Below, piece by piece: positions 1 to 11,781 of a stretch of DNA of 64,000 nt. The notes under the pieces are model-generated. The model worked only from the letters and a program-made list of their open reading frames with translations, was not told the DNA's origin and made no database searches. This DNA is from Actinomycetota bacterium. Lineage in GTDB: Bacteria > Actinomycetota > Thermoleophilia > Gaiellales > Gaiellaceae. Position 1 is the stretch's first letter, and each line of letters starts with the position of its first letter. Location: contig VAWH01000022.1 of NCBI GenBank assembly GCA_005888315.1, positions 869 to 64,868 on the forward strand. The letters run 5' to 3'. The translations under genes and the position numbers were made by a program.

Positions 1-633
1 GAGGATCTCCGGCGTGCTCTTGTAGATACCGAGGCCGTTCGGCTGGCCGAACGGATCGTTCGGGTCGTACGCGAGGCTCGCCGCGTAGACGGAGTCGCAG
101 CCCGCCGGAATGAAGTCGACAGGGTCGCCGCCCGAGGGAACCTGGTGCGGCGAGGCGATCTTCGTCAAGGTGACCGGGGGCAACAGCCCTTCGTTGCGCA
201 CCGAGTGGCCGCCGTCGGTCGACCACTCCCAACCCGTGAAATTGCCTTCGGGGTCGATCAGCCCTCGATAGTCGTTCGTGCCCTCGAGAACGAAGTTGTC
301 GTTCGACGCGCAGACACCGACGGACTCCTCGTTCTGCGGCAGGCCGAAGATGTCGCAGTTGAAGACGTCCTTGTTCGCGTTGCTCGTACAGCTGTTGACG
401 TTGCGCGCCGGCGGTTGCTTCTGCGAGCCGCTCAGCTGCGCGAACCGCGTCGGCGCCTCCGCCGGGTGCCGCGCCCAGTAATTGGCCGAAACCGACTGGG
501 ATAGGTGCTCGAGGAACGCCTCGGGCACCTTCCCGCCCTCGACCGCCGTCGCGGCCGGTACGGCGACGATCACGAGCGCAGCGAGCGCCAGCAGCGCAGC
601 GCCGAGGCGCCACGCGTGAAATGGTCGAACCAT
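1..633 (-). CDS. Secreted BNR/Asp-box (sialidase-like) protein, N-terminal part. The gene continues past the left edge of the window.
   Basis: ATG at 633-631 preceded by GGGGAGGAGGGG. Hand translation gives MVRPFHAWRLGAALLALAALVIVAVPAATA (signal peptide) ... NDYRGLIDPEGNFTGWEWSTDGGHSV. It aligns with the N-terminal module of the 1250..3247 protein (NDYRRGDGTCGTSWSTDGGRTW). It is absent from the ORF track because there is no stop codon in the window. Confidence 0.7.
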   Translation of the reverse strand, partial: MVRPFHAWRLGAALLALAALVIVAVPAATAVEGGKVPEAFLEHLSQSVSANYWARHPAEAPTRFAQLSGSQKQPPARNVNSCTSNANKDVFNCDIFGLPQNEESVGVCASNDNFVLEGTNDYRGLIDPEGNFTGWEWSTDGGHSVRNEGLLPPVTLTKIASPHQVPSGGDPVDFIPAGCDSVYAASLAYDPNDPFGQPNGLGIYKSTPEIL

Positions 634-779
634 GGATCCCCTCCTCCCCTGAGACTGTGAAGGCCGGAATTTAGCGTTTTGAAATCAGAAGGGCCGCCTC
701 GCGCACTTCGTCACATGGCCGTAGGGGTGCCGGGCGACGCGTCACGTTACGGTCCCGGCCCGTGGGGTATCGCACGAAC

Positions 780-1139
780 ATGGTTCGATTTGGCGCATTA
801 CTCCTGGCTGCGGTGACGATGGCCGCGGCGGCCGGAACTGCGGGTGCGGACGGCTCCGCGGCGACGAAGCCGGTGCTGCAGCTCGTTCAACGAGCGCCGC
901 TCAAGATCCGTGGGCTTCATTTCAAGGCCCGCGAACGCGTGCGGGTGACGGCCAGCACGACGAGTGGCCACGCGATTGTCATAACGCGTAGCACCCGGCT
1001 GGGGCGCTTCGTCGCTTTCTTCAGCCACTTCTCGGCGGCGGCTTGCCTCCGGCTGGTCGTTACCGCCGTCGGCGCGAAAGGCGACCGGGCGAAACTCGTG
1101 GTGAACCCACCACCCATGACGATTCCCTGCCCTCTCTGA
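780..1139 (+). CDS. Small secreted hypothetical protein
   Basis: ORF 762..1139. The internal ATG at 780 gives MVRFGALLLAAVTMAAAAGTAGA, a signal-peptide-like N-terminus. A strong hairpin follows. I recognise no family. Confidence 0.45.
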   Translation: MVRFGALLLAAVTMAAAAGTAGADGSAATKPVLQLVQRAPLKIRGLHFKARERVRVTASTTSGHAIVITRSTRLGRFVAFFSHFSAAACLRLVVTAVGAKGDRAKLVVNPPPMTIPCPL

Positions 1140-1197
1140 TTCAGAACGACCCAGGTGCCGCGTGCCCGGGCATCGGTCGCCGCAGCCAAGAAAACGT

Positions 1198-1223
1198 GAA
1201 GGGCCGCCCGGAAGCGGCCCTTC
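1198..1223. terminator. Bidirectional stem-loop between convergent genes
   Basis: GAAGGGCCGC-CCGGAA-GCGGCCCTTC, a perfect 10-bp stem between the stops at 1139 (+) and 1250 (-). Confidence 0.5.
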
Positions 1224-1249
1224 GTCGCTTTACGCCGTGACCGGCGCGT

Positions 1250-3247
1250 TTACTGCGAGGACGAAACCGACTGGTTCGCCGTGTAGGCCTCCTGATCGTT
1301 CAGGGTCGTTCCGAGCGTGGTGCCGCCGCATACAGCCGGAGTCGTGGACACACTCGCCGGACAGAGGAACAGGTCCGGGTTCCGGGTGTCGCTCCAGAAC
1401 GGATGGGCGAGCGTGTCGGCGTCGAGGCCAGCGTAGTCTCCGTAGAAGACACTGCCGGCGCTATTGCCGCCCTCCGGGAACTGAGTCGGGAATGGCATCG
1501 ACACGTTCGTGATCCGGTAGACGTTCCAACCAGCGTACGTGGGCGAGCCGCCCGACGACGAGAGGCTGATGTCGCTGTAGCCGGTCGCCTCATCGCTGCC
1601 GTACTGCCGGTCGTAGTACGACGTCGCCAGCTTGCCGGTCTTCGTGAACGCGATCCACTGCCAGAACTGATCGCTCGTGGCCTGGCCGGGATCGGTGGTC
1701 GCACTCGGCAGCGCCCGCGGGTCGGTGGTCGTGCCGGTGAAGCTGGCCCCACCGTTGTTCGAGACGCTGACCAGGATGTCGTTGTTGCATGCCCCCGGCG
1801 TTTTCACCCCGGTGTAGAGGTCCTGGCCGGTGGCCGGGCTGAAGCCGGTCGGGGCACACCCGTTCGACTCCTTCGAGTGCTGGTTGATGTACGACCCGAA
1901 CGTGACGACGACCTGGTTCGGATTGGTCGGGTTCACCTCACCGGAGCCGTAGTTCGTCGCCCGGAAGATCGAGTTCGCGGTCGCGTTCTTCTCCGGCACG
2001 CAGGCGCGGCCGAAGTCGTGGCCCTGCTGGTACGTCGCGCAGTCGGGCAGGTCGTAGTAGTCCGAAACCTTGACGGGGTTCGAGAAGGTGTTCCCGCCGT
2101 CCACCGACTTCGAGAGCAGGATCTGGTTGCGGTTGTCCGGAGTGTTCCCCAACGTCTCGGGGTTGTTGAAGTTGTTGTAGATGACGTAGAGGGCACCGTC
2201 CTTGCCGACGAACGGCTGCGAGAACTGGTTCTCGTTGCAGCTGCTGGCCGTGCCCAGCCCGTAATCGTTCGGGCAGAGCGAGCTGTTCAGGCTGACGAGA
2301 TGCCTCGGCGAGAAGTGCTCGCCGTAATCGGACGAGTACGCCTCGTAGATGAACGCCGAGCCGTTCGGCGCGAACTCCGTCCAGGTGACGTAGATCCGAT
2401 CCTGGAACGGCGTGCACGTCGAGCCCGGGTTCACCGTCGTCGGCGAGCCGGCGCACGCGTTCGAGTTGTTGTCGACCGCCATGAACTGCTTGTCCTCGAG
2501 GGGCAGGAAACTCCTCTGGACGCCGGTCTCGAAGACGGGCCGGCCCGTGAAGTTCCACGACGCGCCGCCGTTCTGCGTCGAGCGAAAGACGAAGAAGCCG
2601 CTCGCCCGACCCGGAATGTCCGCCGCGGTTGCCGGCCCTCGCTGGAAGAGCTGACACGAGAGGTACGCGTTGCCCTTCGAGTCCCAGGCGACGGAGGTAT
2701 CCCCGCCGGCCTCCCAGTAGATGCGAGGCGCGACTCCCGTAGTGGGGTTCCGTGTGAAGTTGTTCGGGACGGTCGAGTCGTTCCATGTCCGGCCGCCGTC
2801 AGTGCTCCACGACGTGCCGCACGTGCCGTCGCCGCGGCGGTAGTCGTTGTAGCTCGCAACGAGGTGCTGCGTGTGGTTCGGATCGACCGAGATCGAGGTC
2901 TCGTTCTGAGCCTGTCCGCGTCCCTGAAGATTAGGGTCGGTCAGGTTGAGGCAGTTCTGGTTGACCTTGATGTTCGAGCTGACGTTGTTCGTACAGTCGC
3001 CGCTGCCTCGCGGGACGTACGTGTCCGGGTTGGTCGGATTCCCCGGGTTGTCGTTCCCGGTCTTGCCGAGCTCGAACGCGGCGAAGCCTGAGATCAGGCG
3101 TTCCTGTTCGTCGTTCAACTCGTCGTCGATACCAAGCTGACCGGCGTGCGCACTAGTCACGCGTGTGGTCGAGCCGCCGATACCGGCGAACATGATTGCC
3201 ACTCCGAGCGCTACAAGGGCCAGGAGCAGCGCGACAGGTCGTCGCAT
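1250..3247 (-). CDS. Secreted BNR/Asp-box repeat protein (sialidase/glycosyl-hydrolase-like beta-propeller)
   Basis: Signal peptide MRRPVALLLALVALGVAIMFAG. Multiple Asp-box motifs (SxDxGxTW type): WSTDGGRTW, TQNGGASW, SVDGGNTF, SNNGGASF. Confidence 0.85.
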   Translation of the reverse strand: MRRPVALLLALVALGVAIMFAGIGGSTTRVTSAHAGQLGIDDELNDEQERLISGFAAFELGKTGNDNPGNPTNPDTYVPRGSGDCTNNVSSNIKVNQNCLNLTDPNLQGRGQAQNETSISVDPNHTQHLVASYNDYRRGDGTCGTSWSTDGGRTWNDSTVPNNFTRNPTTGVAPRIYWEAGGDTSVAWDSKGNAYLSCQLFQRGPATAADIPGRASGFFVFRSTQNGGASWNFTGRPVFETGVQRSFLPLEDKQFMAVDNNSNACAGSPTTVNPGSTCTPFQDRIYVTWTEFAPNGSAFIYEAYSSDYGEHFSPRHLVSLNSSLCPNDYGLGTASSCNENQFSQPFVGKDGALYVIYNNFNNPETLGNTPDNRNQILLSKSVDGGNTFSNPVKVSDYYDLPDCATYQQGHDFGRACVPEKNATANSIFRATNYGSGEVNPTNPNQVVVTFGSYINQHSKESNGCAPTGFSPATGQDLYTGVKTPGACNNDILVSVSNNGGASFTGTTTDPRALPSATTDPGQATSDQFWQWIAFTKTGKLATSYYDRQYGSDEATGYSDISLSSSGGSPTYAGWNVYRITNVSMPFPTQFPEGGNSAGSVFYGDYAGLDADTLAHPFWSDTRNPDLFLCPASVSTTPAVCGGTTLGTTLNDQEAYTANQSVSSSQ

Positions 3248-3384
3248 TTCTTCCCCCTAACGTTTCCTCTGGCGGCCGCCCATTCGACCGCGGTCGCGGA
3301 TCATAGGACTGTGGCTTGTAAACGACAAATCGGAACCGACCGCAGCCCGCGTCTCACGGCCCAAGTGGGCCCTATTAGAAGCTT

Positions 3385-5151
3385 CTAGGGCGCGATAGCG
3401 GCGCCCGCATCGACCAGGCCTGTCCCGTACGCGTCCGCAAACGGAATCGAGACCGAGGTGTCGAGGTGGCAATAACCGGTCGCGCACGGCCGGCCGTCGT
3501 AGGTCGGACTCGTATTGTCGGGATCGTCCGGACCCGTGAAGTTCGTCATCGTCTGCCGGGCTGTCGCCTGGAGCCGAGCGATGAGACCGGGGGGATCATG
3601 GCGCAGCCCCGGCTTCGCCGAGATAACGAGCGCGGCGACACCAAGCGCGTTCGGCGCCGACATCGAGGTGCCTTGCAGCCAGCCGAAGCCGTTCCCCTCG
3701 ACCTTGAAGCAGGCGAAGTTGAACAGCGAAGACTGGAGCGGGTCACGACAGATGAGGCCGCTTTCGGCCAAGGCGCCGAGCGAGCCCCAGCCGCCGTAAA
3801 GGATGTTGCCGGCGCCGCCGTCCCAGCCGGGGAGGTTGAAGCGGCGCGCGCCGCCGGGGGCGGCCACGTCGACCCGCGGTCCGTAGCTCGAGTAGTAGGC
3901 GAGCTGGTCGCGGGCGCCGACGTGGAGGCCGAGCGCGAAAGGATCGTCCGCCGGCGCGGCGCCGTTGCCGTTATTCGTGGCCGAGACCATGACGACGCCG
4001 GGAACGCCCGCCGGCGCCTCGAGCAATCCGCGCAGGTCGAAGTCCGCGGAGTCGGCGCCAGGCGGGGTGGTGCCGATCCCGTCCGCGCCGTTCGAGACCC
4101 GGCCCACATCGCTCAGGGCTCGGCCGCCGACGGTCGTCATCACCCGCTCGACCCGGACGTGCTCGTTCCCGGCCGCCGCGAAGATCGTGACGCCCCGCGC
4201 GCGGCAGTACCGGACTGCGTCGTCGAAGAGGAGATACGTCTGTGCGTCGGCGGGGTCGCTCGGATCGAGATAACCCGTGATCGACATGTTCACGAGGTCG
4301 ACGTCGTCCGAGCAGGCCGCGACCAGTCCGGCGAGCAGCCAGTCCGGCAGCGCGCCGAAGCCGGCGGCGAGAACCTTGTAACTCGAGACTTGTATGCGGG
4401 GCGCCACACCGTTCGAGGCGAAGCCGTTCAGGTTTCCCGCGATCCGGCTTGCGACCCAGGTGCCGTGGCCTTCCCTGTCGTCTGTCCCGCAGTCGGTCAG
4501 ACCCACCTGCTTGAGCAAATTTTCGCCGTACTGACGCCGGAGCGCGTCGCACGCGACGAATGACTGCGGCTTACCGGCGACGTTGTCTTTGAGCTCCTTG
4601 TGTGACTGCTCGACGCCCGAGTCGAGAACGGCGACGCGGACGCTCGCGTCTCCCAACGTCTTCGTCCATGCGGCGGGCACGTTCATACGGGCGTCGTCCC
4701 ACTGGAGGATTCCCTCGGGATTGGTCACGCCGAGGAACGACGAGGCGTCGTGCCACGGGTCGGGAGATGAAGTCGTCGCCCTGCCGAAAGCCAACGGGCC
4801 GACGGAGCTGCCACCGTCGCTGCTGTCGCGGCCTAGAGGTGCGTCGAACAGCGGCTCCCTGAAAGCGTCGATGACGCGCGCGTTTGCAGCGATCCGGCCG
4901 CGAAAGTCCCGCGCCACCGGCGCGACCGCAAGCGCGCCGACGGGGCTGAGGTCGGTAACGACACTCCCGCCTGCGCTTACGACCGCCGCCTGCATCTGCG
5001 CCGGCGTCGTGCCGCTCGAGAAGCGCACGATCGTGATCCCGAATGGGTTCGGCCCGCTCTTTGCGTAAGCAGGAGCCGCAACGAGGAACGCCGCGAGGCA
5101 AACGAAGGAGAGAACGAGCCGCTTCACCGCACCCAAAACTGTCGGCAGCAT
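3385..5151 (-). CDS. Secreted S8 family (subtilisin-like) serine protease
   Basis: Signal peptide followed by the catalytic triad motifs VAVLDSGV (Asp), GHGTWVAS (His) and GTSMSAPNALGVAAL (Ser). Confidence 0.9.
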   Translation of the reverse strand: MLPTVLGAVKRLVLSFVCLAAFLVAAPAYAKSGPNPFGITIVRFSSGTTPAQMQAAVVSAGGSVVTDLSPVGALAVAPVARDFRGRIAANARVIDAFREPLFDAPLGRDSSDGGSSVGPLAFGRATTSSPDPWHDASSFLGVTNPEGILQWDDARMNVPAAWTKTLGDASVRVAVLDSGVEQSHKELKDNVAGKPQSFVACDALRRQYGENLLKQVGLTDCGTDDREGHGTWVASRIAGNLNGFASNGVAPRIQVSSYKVLAAGFGALPDWLLAGLVAACSDDVDLVNMSITGYLDPSDPADAQTYLLFDDAVRYCRARGVTIFAAAGNEHVRVERVMTTVGGRALSDVGRVSNGADGIGTTPPGADSADFDLRGLLEAPAGVPGVVMVSATNNGNGAAPADDPFALGLHVGARDQLAYYSSYGPRVDVAAPGGARRFNLPGWDGGAGNILYGGWGSLGALAESGLICRDPLQSSLFNFACFKVEGNGFGWLQGTSMSAPNALGVAALVISAKPGLRHDPPGLIARLQATARQTMTNFTGPDDPDNTSPTYDGRPCATGYCHLDTSVSIPFADAYGTGLVDAGAAIAP

Positions 5152-5286
5152 CTGCGTCCGTCTTGACCCCCCTTGAGATTCTTGCCTGGTTGCCTTCTCC
5201 GAAAGAGCGGCCCCGAAGGGTTGGGTCCAGGGTCGAGTCCGAAGACGAGCGGCTAACGAGTCCGCGCATGCACCATCGGAGCTGGG

Positions 5287-6240
5287 TTATGCCGAGACGA
5301 CGATGCAGGCGTCGTGCGATGAGCGGGCTATCTTCTCCCGGCGGAGAAGTTGCCCGGAGACGTCAAGAACGCAAAGGCTGCCTCGACCGAGTCCAGGCGT
5401 CACGACCCAGCCATGGGCCTGTTGGACGTTGTACGAGTCATCAGCCACCGCCGTCGTTTTCAGGAGGCGTCCATCCGTTCGGTGGACGCGGAGGGTTGCG
5501 CTCTCGCCACTCGTGACGTATGCACGAGCGCCTCGGAAGGTGACGTGCTGCGGCGGCAGGTTCGCCTTGGGCCGGGCGAGGATCTTGTGCGTCCGTGCGT
5601 CGTAGACAGCTAGCTCGTTGCGGTCGCCGGAGCTGACCCACACCTTCGCGCCATCCGGCGTCCAGCCGACGTCGTGGGCGAGAAACGGCGGCGTGATCAG
5701 ACCCCTGAGTCGGGGCTGCGAGCGGTGCCGGACATCGACGACCGCGACCCGTTTCGCCTTGGCCCCGAGCGCGACCCACAGCGTCGTGCCGCTTGGGTCG
5801 ATCGTGACATGACGGGCGCGATTGCCGACTCGCGCGCGACCGAGCACACGTCCCTCGAGAACATCCAAGGCGACAACCTCGCCGCGGGCGGCATCCGACA
5901 CGTAGGCATGCCGGCCGTCAGGATGTCCGGCGGTGTAGCGCGGCTCGCCGAAACCGTGAAGCACATGAGCGACGGCAAGCGTTCGACCACGAACGATCGT
6001 GATCGCCCCGATCTCCGAGTGGGCGACGACCGCCATGCCTCCGACGCTCTCGATACTCCGCGGCTTGGGCAGCGTCTTCACATAGCGCTGAACTCGCCCA
6101 CTAGCCAGTTCAACTGCGACAAGCCGCGCTTCCTCATCGGCTGTCACGAGCGCTAACTCCTTGCTGGAGGGCAGGCGAGCCAACAAGCGCGGCGCCAACG
6201 CCAGCGAGCTTGCGCCTAGGAGAAAGGATCGCCGATCCAT
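5287..6240 (-). CDS. Tat-signal beta-propeller repeat protein (YncE/lactonase-like)
   Basis: The N-terminus MDRRSFLLGASSLALAP is twin-arginine-like. The repetitive V..D....V beta-strand pattern is typical of YVTN/YncE propellers. Confidence 0.7.
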   Translation of the reverse strand: MDRRSFLLGASSLALAPRLLARLPSSKELALVTADEEARLVAVELASGRVQRYVKTLPKPRSIESVGGMAVVAHSEIGAITIVRGRTLAVAHVLHGFGEPRYTAGHPDGRHAYVSDAARGEVVALDVLEGRVLGRARVGNRARHVTIDPSGTTLWVALGAKAKRVAVVDVRHRSQPRLRGLITPPFLAHDVGWTPDGAKVWVSSGDRNELAVYDARTHKILARPKANLPPQHVTFRGARAYVTSGESATLRVHRTDGRLLKTTAVADDSYNVQQAHGWVVTPGLGRGSLCVLDVSGQLLRREKIARSSHDACIVVSA

Positions 6241-6408
6241 CGATCCTCATACGGCGGGCGTTGGCGAGGACGTCCCGGGGTAGCGGCGCCGCGGACTCGC
6301 TTAGCGGACATTCGCCCGACCCAAGAGCGGTCGGGATAATCACTACCCAATGACCCCGCCCATCGCAGGCGGCTCGTTCGCGACCGCAAGCAAGGGCGAA
6401 AGCGGCGC

Positions 6409-7068
6409 ATGACTGAGCTTCCGCTCGCGCCTCCGGCCGCTGCGACGACGGCGCTCGCCGCAAGTGAGCGTGCCCTGCTCGTACGGCGCGCCCGCCTGCT
6501 TGCCTGGAGCGGAAACGCCTGGCACCTGATCGAGTTTGCGATCGCGGTTGGCGCCGGACTTGCCGCCGGCTCGATCGCATTGATCGGGTTCGGCTTCGAC
6601 AGCCTGATCGAGGCCGCGGCCGGTGGAGTGATCGTCTGGCGCTTCGCCGCCCCGCGTAGCAGCTCGGAGCACGCCGAACGGCGCGCTCAGCAGCTGATCG
6701 CGGCGACCTACTTCTTGCTCGCGATCTATGTCGGCGAGGAATCTGTCCGGACATTGGCCGCCGGCAGCCACCCACGAGCGAGCTGGGTCGGAATCGGCCT
6801 GGCCGCCTTCACGGCTCCGACAATGCCGCTGCTCGCGCGTGCGAAGCGGTGCGTTGGCTCGAGACTCAACTCGAGCGCAACCGTCAGCGAGGCGACGCAG
6901 AACATGGTTTGCGCCTACCTCTCGGTGGCATTGCTTGCGGGGCTCGGGACGAACGCGTTCTTGGGCTGGTGGTGGGCCGATCCAGCCGCGGCACTCGTGA
7001 TCGGCGCGGTTGCCTTTCGCGAAGGCTGCGAGACCTGGCAGGGCGAGAGCTGTTGCGATGTCTGCTAA
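6409..7068 (+). CDS. Cation-efflux (CDF-like) membrane protein. It has the transmembrane domain only, with a Cys-rich tail.
   Basis: SIALIGFGFDSLIE and WWADPAAAL resemble the CDF TM2/TM5 metal-site motifs. At about 219 aa it lacks the usual cytoplasmic domain. The tail is CETWQGESCCDVC. Confidence 0.6.
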   Translation: MTELPLAPPAAATTALAASERALLVRRARLLAWSGNAWHLIEFAIAVGAGLAAGSIALIGFGFDSLIEAAAGGVIVWRFAAPRSSSEHAERRAQQLIAATYFLLAIYVGEESVRTLAAGSHPRASWVGIGLAAFTAPTMPLLARAKRCVGSRLNSSATVSEATQNMVCAYLSVALLAGLGTNAFLGWWWADPAAALVIGAVAFREGCETWQGESCCDVC

Positions 7069-7080
7069 ATGCCGACTGGA

Positions 7081-7107
7081 GGCCGTGCCGGCTTTGCCGG
7101 TGCGGCC
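7081..7107 (+). repeat. REP-type hairpin, family 1, copy 1
   Basis: GGCCGTGCCGGC-TTT-GCCGGTGCGGCC. It is the exact reverse complement of 31328..31354. It lies between the convergent stops at 7068 and 7115. Confidence 0.7.
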
Positions 7108-7114
7108 GTCGTAA

Positions 7115-8527
<1,413 letters not shown>

Positions 8528-8540
8528 GAAGCCCGAGGGC

Positions 8541-11402
8541 CTAGTGCTTGCCCTTAGGCTTCTTCAGGTCGAGTTCGTACGCGCCACGGCCGTGGGTCGC
8601 CGCGTAGATGACGCGCTTGCCCTTCTTCGTGAATGCATACGTCAGCCCGTAGGTCGCCACCGGCGGCATGCCGTCGGCGGCCGTGATCCAGCTCGTCGAG
8701 CCGGCCGGAAGCCTGTCGACGCCCCAGTCGGTCGAGACGTAGAGGTCACCGGTCGGGTGATCGTACGCGACGTCCGTGATCGGCTGGTCGCCCAGGTTGT
8801 AGTCGAGCAGCGTCCACGTCGCGACGAGCGTCGTCGGGTTGACCTTTACCTCGAACACATGGCCAGGCGCCGTCCCCGCAGCCGCCGCGTACGCGTTGTA
8901 GCCCGAGTACGTAACGAACAGGTGCAACGGATCCGTCGGGTCGATCGAGATCCCGCTCGGCATCCGCTTCGGCTGCGCGTCGGTGTCGATGCGCGTGTAC
9001 GTCGGGCTGGCCGCGCTCGCATCCCGCGTAATGAAGATGCGGCCGCGCCGGGTGCCGACGTACATCGTCCCGGCGTCGTTTGCCCGGTCGAGCTCGACGA
9101 TGTACGAGCCGGCCTTGCTGCCGTACGCCGCATCGTTAGCCAGGTTCGGGCTGGCGACCGTCCAGTCACCGCACTTGCCGGTGTAGAGCCAGTCGCTCGT
9201 TCCGAACGCGTTCGTCGTATTGCAGTGGGCCTCGAGGGTTGCCTGGTCGCCGCCGAAGTCCTTCGTGCGATAGACGTGTTCGAGCCCCGCGAACAGCTGC
9301 CCATGGACCTGCGTGTCCGCGATGGCGGGAGCGTAGAACGCCGCCAGTTCGCAGCAGCCCTCGAGGTTGTTGAACAGGTCGCTGTTCCAGACCCACGTCT
9401 TCGGGTCGTTGCCATGAAAGTTCACGTCCATGAGCGCGCCCGTGTAGGTGTGGAAACGCATCTGCGGATTCGTCGGGTCGAACCCCGAGTCGCCCCCGTC
9501 ACCCGTCACCGGCAGGAACCAAGTCGGCGAGCCTGAGTACGCGAGCGTGCCGTTGTCTTGGGTACCGCCGAGCACGTCGCCGAGCGGGTCGAGCGGGTTC
9601 GCAGACAGCTGCTGGAACTGCAACGTGTTCAGACCGGCGTTCAGCGTGGTGAGGACGGTCGGGATCCGGCTCAGCCACGCCTTGCAGTCGGTGTAGTCGT
9701 CGCCGGTCAGGCCACGGTGGTCGCAGTCGGCCGAGTTGTCCGCGTAGCTGCCGCTCGACCGGATGAGGCCGCCGTCGCTGCCGGCGAACCAGATGTCCGG
9801 GTTGGTCGGCACGTACGCGAAGGCGTGCTGGTCGGGGTGCATCGACTCGCCGTTGAACTTCAGGCCGGGGCGATTGCTCGCATCGGCCGTCATGTCCGTC
9901 CAATGCACGCCGCCGTCGGTCGACTGCATCACTGCGCGGCCGTTCGAGCTGTCCGCACCGCCGTAGGGCGGAAGCTCTTCGTACTGCATGACGCCGCCGA
10001 TGAACACCGTGTCGGGGCGGCCGGCCGGGCTGACGATGAACTGGTCGTACCAGCACTGGCCGCGGCAGAAGTTCCACGTCGCATACTTGCCGGGGTCCGA
10101 CTTCGTCGGAGCCGATAGCGGCTGCCAGACCGGCGTCGCGGCCTGGGCATCGTCGGTGCGAAGCAGCTTCGACGCGTCGACCCATTCACCCGTGTCGGTG
10201 AACTTCTGGTTCGACCCGACCGTCAGGTAGATCCGCGTCTTCCCTCCGGCGAGCTTCGCCGGCGAGAACTCGTAGCGGATGCCCGAGCCGACCGGGTCAG
10301 GGTCGCCCGTATAGATCTCGGTGTTCGTAGCCCCGTTGTTGGTCGAGCGGAAGAGGCCGTAGTCCCAGATCGTGAAGTAGAGCGTGCTCGAGTCGTTCGG
10401 GTCGTACTGGATGCTCGTGACGCCGCCCTTGTAGAAGTCAGCGCCGTTCGCCGAGCCCGGATTGACCGTGTCCTGGGGCTTGATCGTGTTGGCGGTGAAG
10501 CTGGCGCCGCCGTCCTTCGACTCGTACAGCCCGAGCGGCGGAGTCCGGCCGTCGGGCGGCGTGTAGCGCCCGCCGCTGCGCGACGAGAGTCCGTGCCGCG
10601 CAACGTCGGTGCCGATGAAGATGTGGGTCGGGTCGTTCGGGTCGATCGCGATCGCGCCGATCGCACGATCCTTGGCGACGTCCCAGCTTCCCGGCACGAG
10701 CGCCCAGTGCGCGCCCCCGTCGGTGGACTTGTAGAGGCCGAGGCCGGCCTCGCTGTCGCTCGAACCGTTTGGCTCACCCGTGCCGACGTAAATGGTCCGG
10801 CCGGACGCGTCCGTGGGGTCGATCAGCAGCGATCCGATCGCCGTCGTCGGGATCTCACCGTCCGAGATCTGCTGCCACGCTGGATGAGCCGAGAGCGCAT
10901 CCTGGGTCATCCAGATGCCGCCGCCGGCAGCGGCGACATAGACACGGCATGCCTCGTCGCTGCACTTCGGCGAGACGGCAAGGGCAGTCTCGCGCCCCGA
11001 CCACTGCGTCGGCGGCCCGAACGACTGCGTGCCGAGCGTGTCGACATTGAGCGTGTCCGGACCGATTGCCCGCCAGCTTCCGTGTCCGCGACCGCCGCGG
11101 ACACGAATCTGGTGATCGGCGCCGTGCGAGGTCTTCACCTGCACGGGCGAGATCGAAGCTGCCGGGTAGGCGCGGTCGGCATACGCCTCCTGTGCCGCCG
11201 TGCTCGCTTCCTCGCTTTCGCCCTCGCCGCGGGTCACCTTCTCGATCCGAGCCGGGGCGGTGTGACTCTTCTCCGCGGCAGCGCGCGAGGCTTCCGCCGC
11301 GTCCTTTTCGGCGTGGTCGCGGCCGATCGCCGCGGCGATCGCGCCAACAGCCGCGAGCACTGCGAAGGCAGCGAGCACGCCGAACGTGAGCCTTCGTCTC
11401 AT
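8541..11402 (-). CDS. Large secreted BNR/Asp-box repeat protein (GH74/sortilin-like double propeller)
   Basis: Signal/[29 protein letters not shown]. Asp boxes [24 protein letters not shown] and STDGGVHW are spread over 953 aa. Confidence 0.85.
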   Translation of the reverse strand: MRRRLTFGVLAAFAVLAAVGAIAAAIGRDHAEKDAAEASRAAAEKSHTAPARIEKVTRGEGESEEASTAAQEAYADRAYPAASISPVQVKTSHGADHQIRVRGGRGHGSWRAIGPDTLNVDTLGTQSFGPPTQWSGRETALAVSPKCSDEACRVYVAAAGGGIWMTQDALSAHPAWQQISDGEIPTTAIGSLLIDPTDASGRTIYVGTGEPNGSSDSEAGLGLYKSTDGGAHWALVPGSWDVAKDRAIGAIAIDPNDPTHIFIGTDVARHGLSSRSGGRYTPPDGRTPPLGLYESKDGGASFTANTIKPQDTVNPGSANGADFYKGGVTSIQYDPNDSSTLYFTIWDYGLFRSTNNGATNTEIYTGDPDPVGSGIRYEFSPAKLAGGKTRIYLTVGSNQKFTDTGEWVDASKLLRTDDAQAATPVWQPLSAPTKSDPGKYATWNFCRGQCWYDQFIVSPAGRPDTVFIGGVMQYEELPPYGGADSSNGRAVMQSTDGGVHWTDMTADASNRPGLKFNGESMHPDQHAFAYVPTNPDIWFAGSDGGLIRSSGSYADNSADCDHRGLTGDDYTDCKAWLSRIPTVLTTLNAGLNTLQFQQLSANPLDPLGDVLGGTQDNGTLAYSGSPTWFLPVTGDGGDSGFDPTNPQMRFHTYTGALMDVNFHGNDPKTWVWNSDLFNNLEGCCELAAFYAPAIADTQVHGQLFAGLEHVYRTKDFGGDQATLEAHCNTTNAFGTSDWLYTGKCGDWTVASPNLANDAAYGSKAGSYIVELDRANDAGTMYVGTRRGRIFITRDASAASPTYTRIDTDAQPKRMPSGISIDPTDPLHLFVTYSGYNAYAAAAGTAPGHVFEVKVNPTTLVATWTLLDYNLGDQPITDVAYDHPTGDLYVSTDWGVDRLPAGSTSWITAADGMPPVATYGLTYAFTKKGKRVIYAATHGRGAYELDLKKPKGKH

Positions 11403-11525
11403 TCCGTTCTCCCCTCGCTTTTCTGGGCCGCCGGTGGTGCGAACTGGCGGATTTCCCGATATAGAGGGGCGGATTCTGCCGCGAATTACGCGGATGTCAA
11501 GGCGAACGAGAAAATCTCGGTGAGC

Positions 11526-11723
11526 CTAGGCAGCGTAGAGGCGACGCCGCTCGGGCGGCCGATCTCGCAACAGCCGCCGAAGCTTCTCGCTCAGATCCCC
11601 CACCGAGGCCCAACCGACGTACTCGCAACGGTCGCATTCGCCGGCATCCACGTTCTCCCCTGCAGGCGCGTCGACCTGCCGGACGTCGCCGCAGCGGAGA
11701 CATTCGATCGTGAGCGTGCCCAT
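11526..11723 (-). CDS. Small zinc-ribbon-like protein (CxxC-N17-CxxC)
   Basis: An internal ATG of ORF 11526..11837 gives MGTLTIECLRCGDVRQVDAPAGENVDAGECDRCEYVGW.... GC-rich third positions. It lies 58 nt downstream of the FNR gene on the same strand. Confidence 0.45.
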   Translation of the reverse strand: MGTLTIECLRCGDVRQVDAPAGENVDAGECDRCEYVGWASVGDLSEKLRRLLRDRPPERRRLYAA

Positions 11724-11781
11724 GAGCACATTTGATCGGCCGTTGTCGGCGGCGCGGCCGTCCCTCGAACGAGGGAGTGCG

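Noticed and set aside
1403-3091. Long plus-strand ORF (562 aa) antisense to the BNR gene. Similar long antisense ORFs include 3466..4563, 7331..8557, 8544..9536, 10593..11735, 12016..13161, 16928..18058, 22754..24199, 33174..34319, 35290..36552, 43805..45058, 55177..56601 and 60899..62176.
   Set aside because: They are R/A/P/G-rich and low-complexity with no recognisable motifs. Each is fully overlapped by an opposite-strand gene that has clear family signatures. These are typical stop-codon-poor shadow frames in high-GC DNA.
6241-6408. Possible metal riboswitch (czcD/NiCo or yybP-ykoY type) in the 168-nt leader of the CDF-like gene.
   Set aside because: I could not find the conserved core motifs of those riboswitch classes by eye. 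A covariance-model scan would be needed, so I make no claim.
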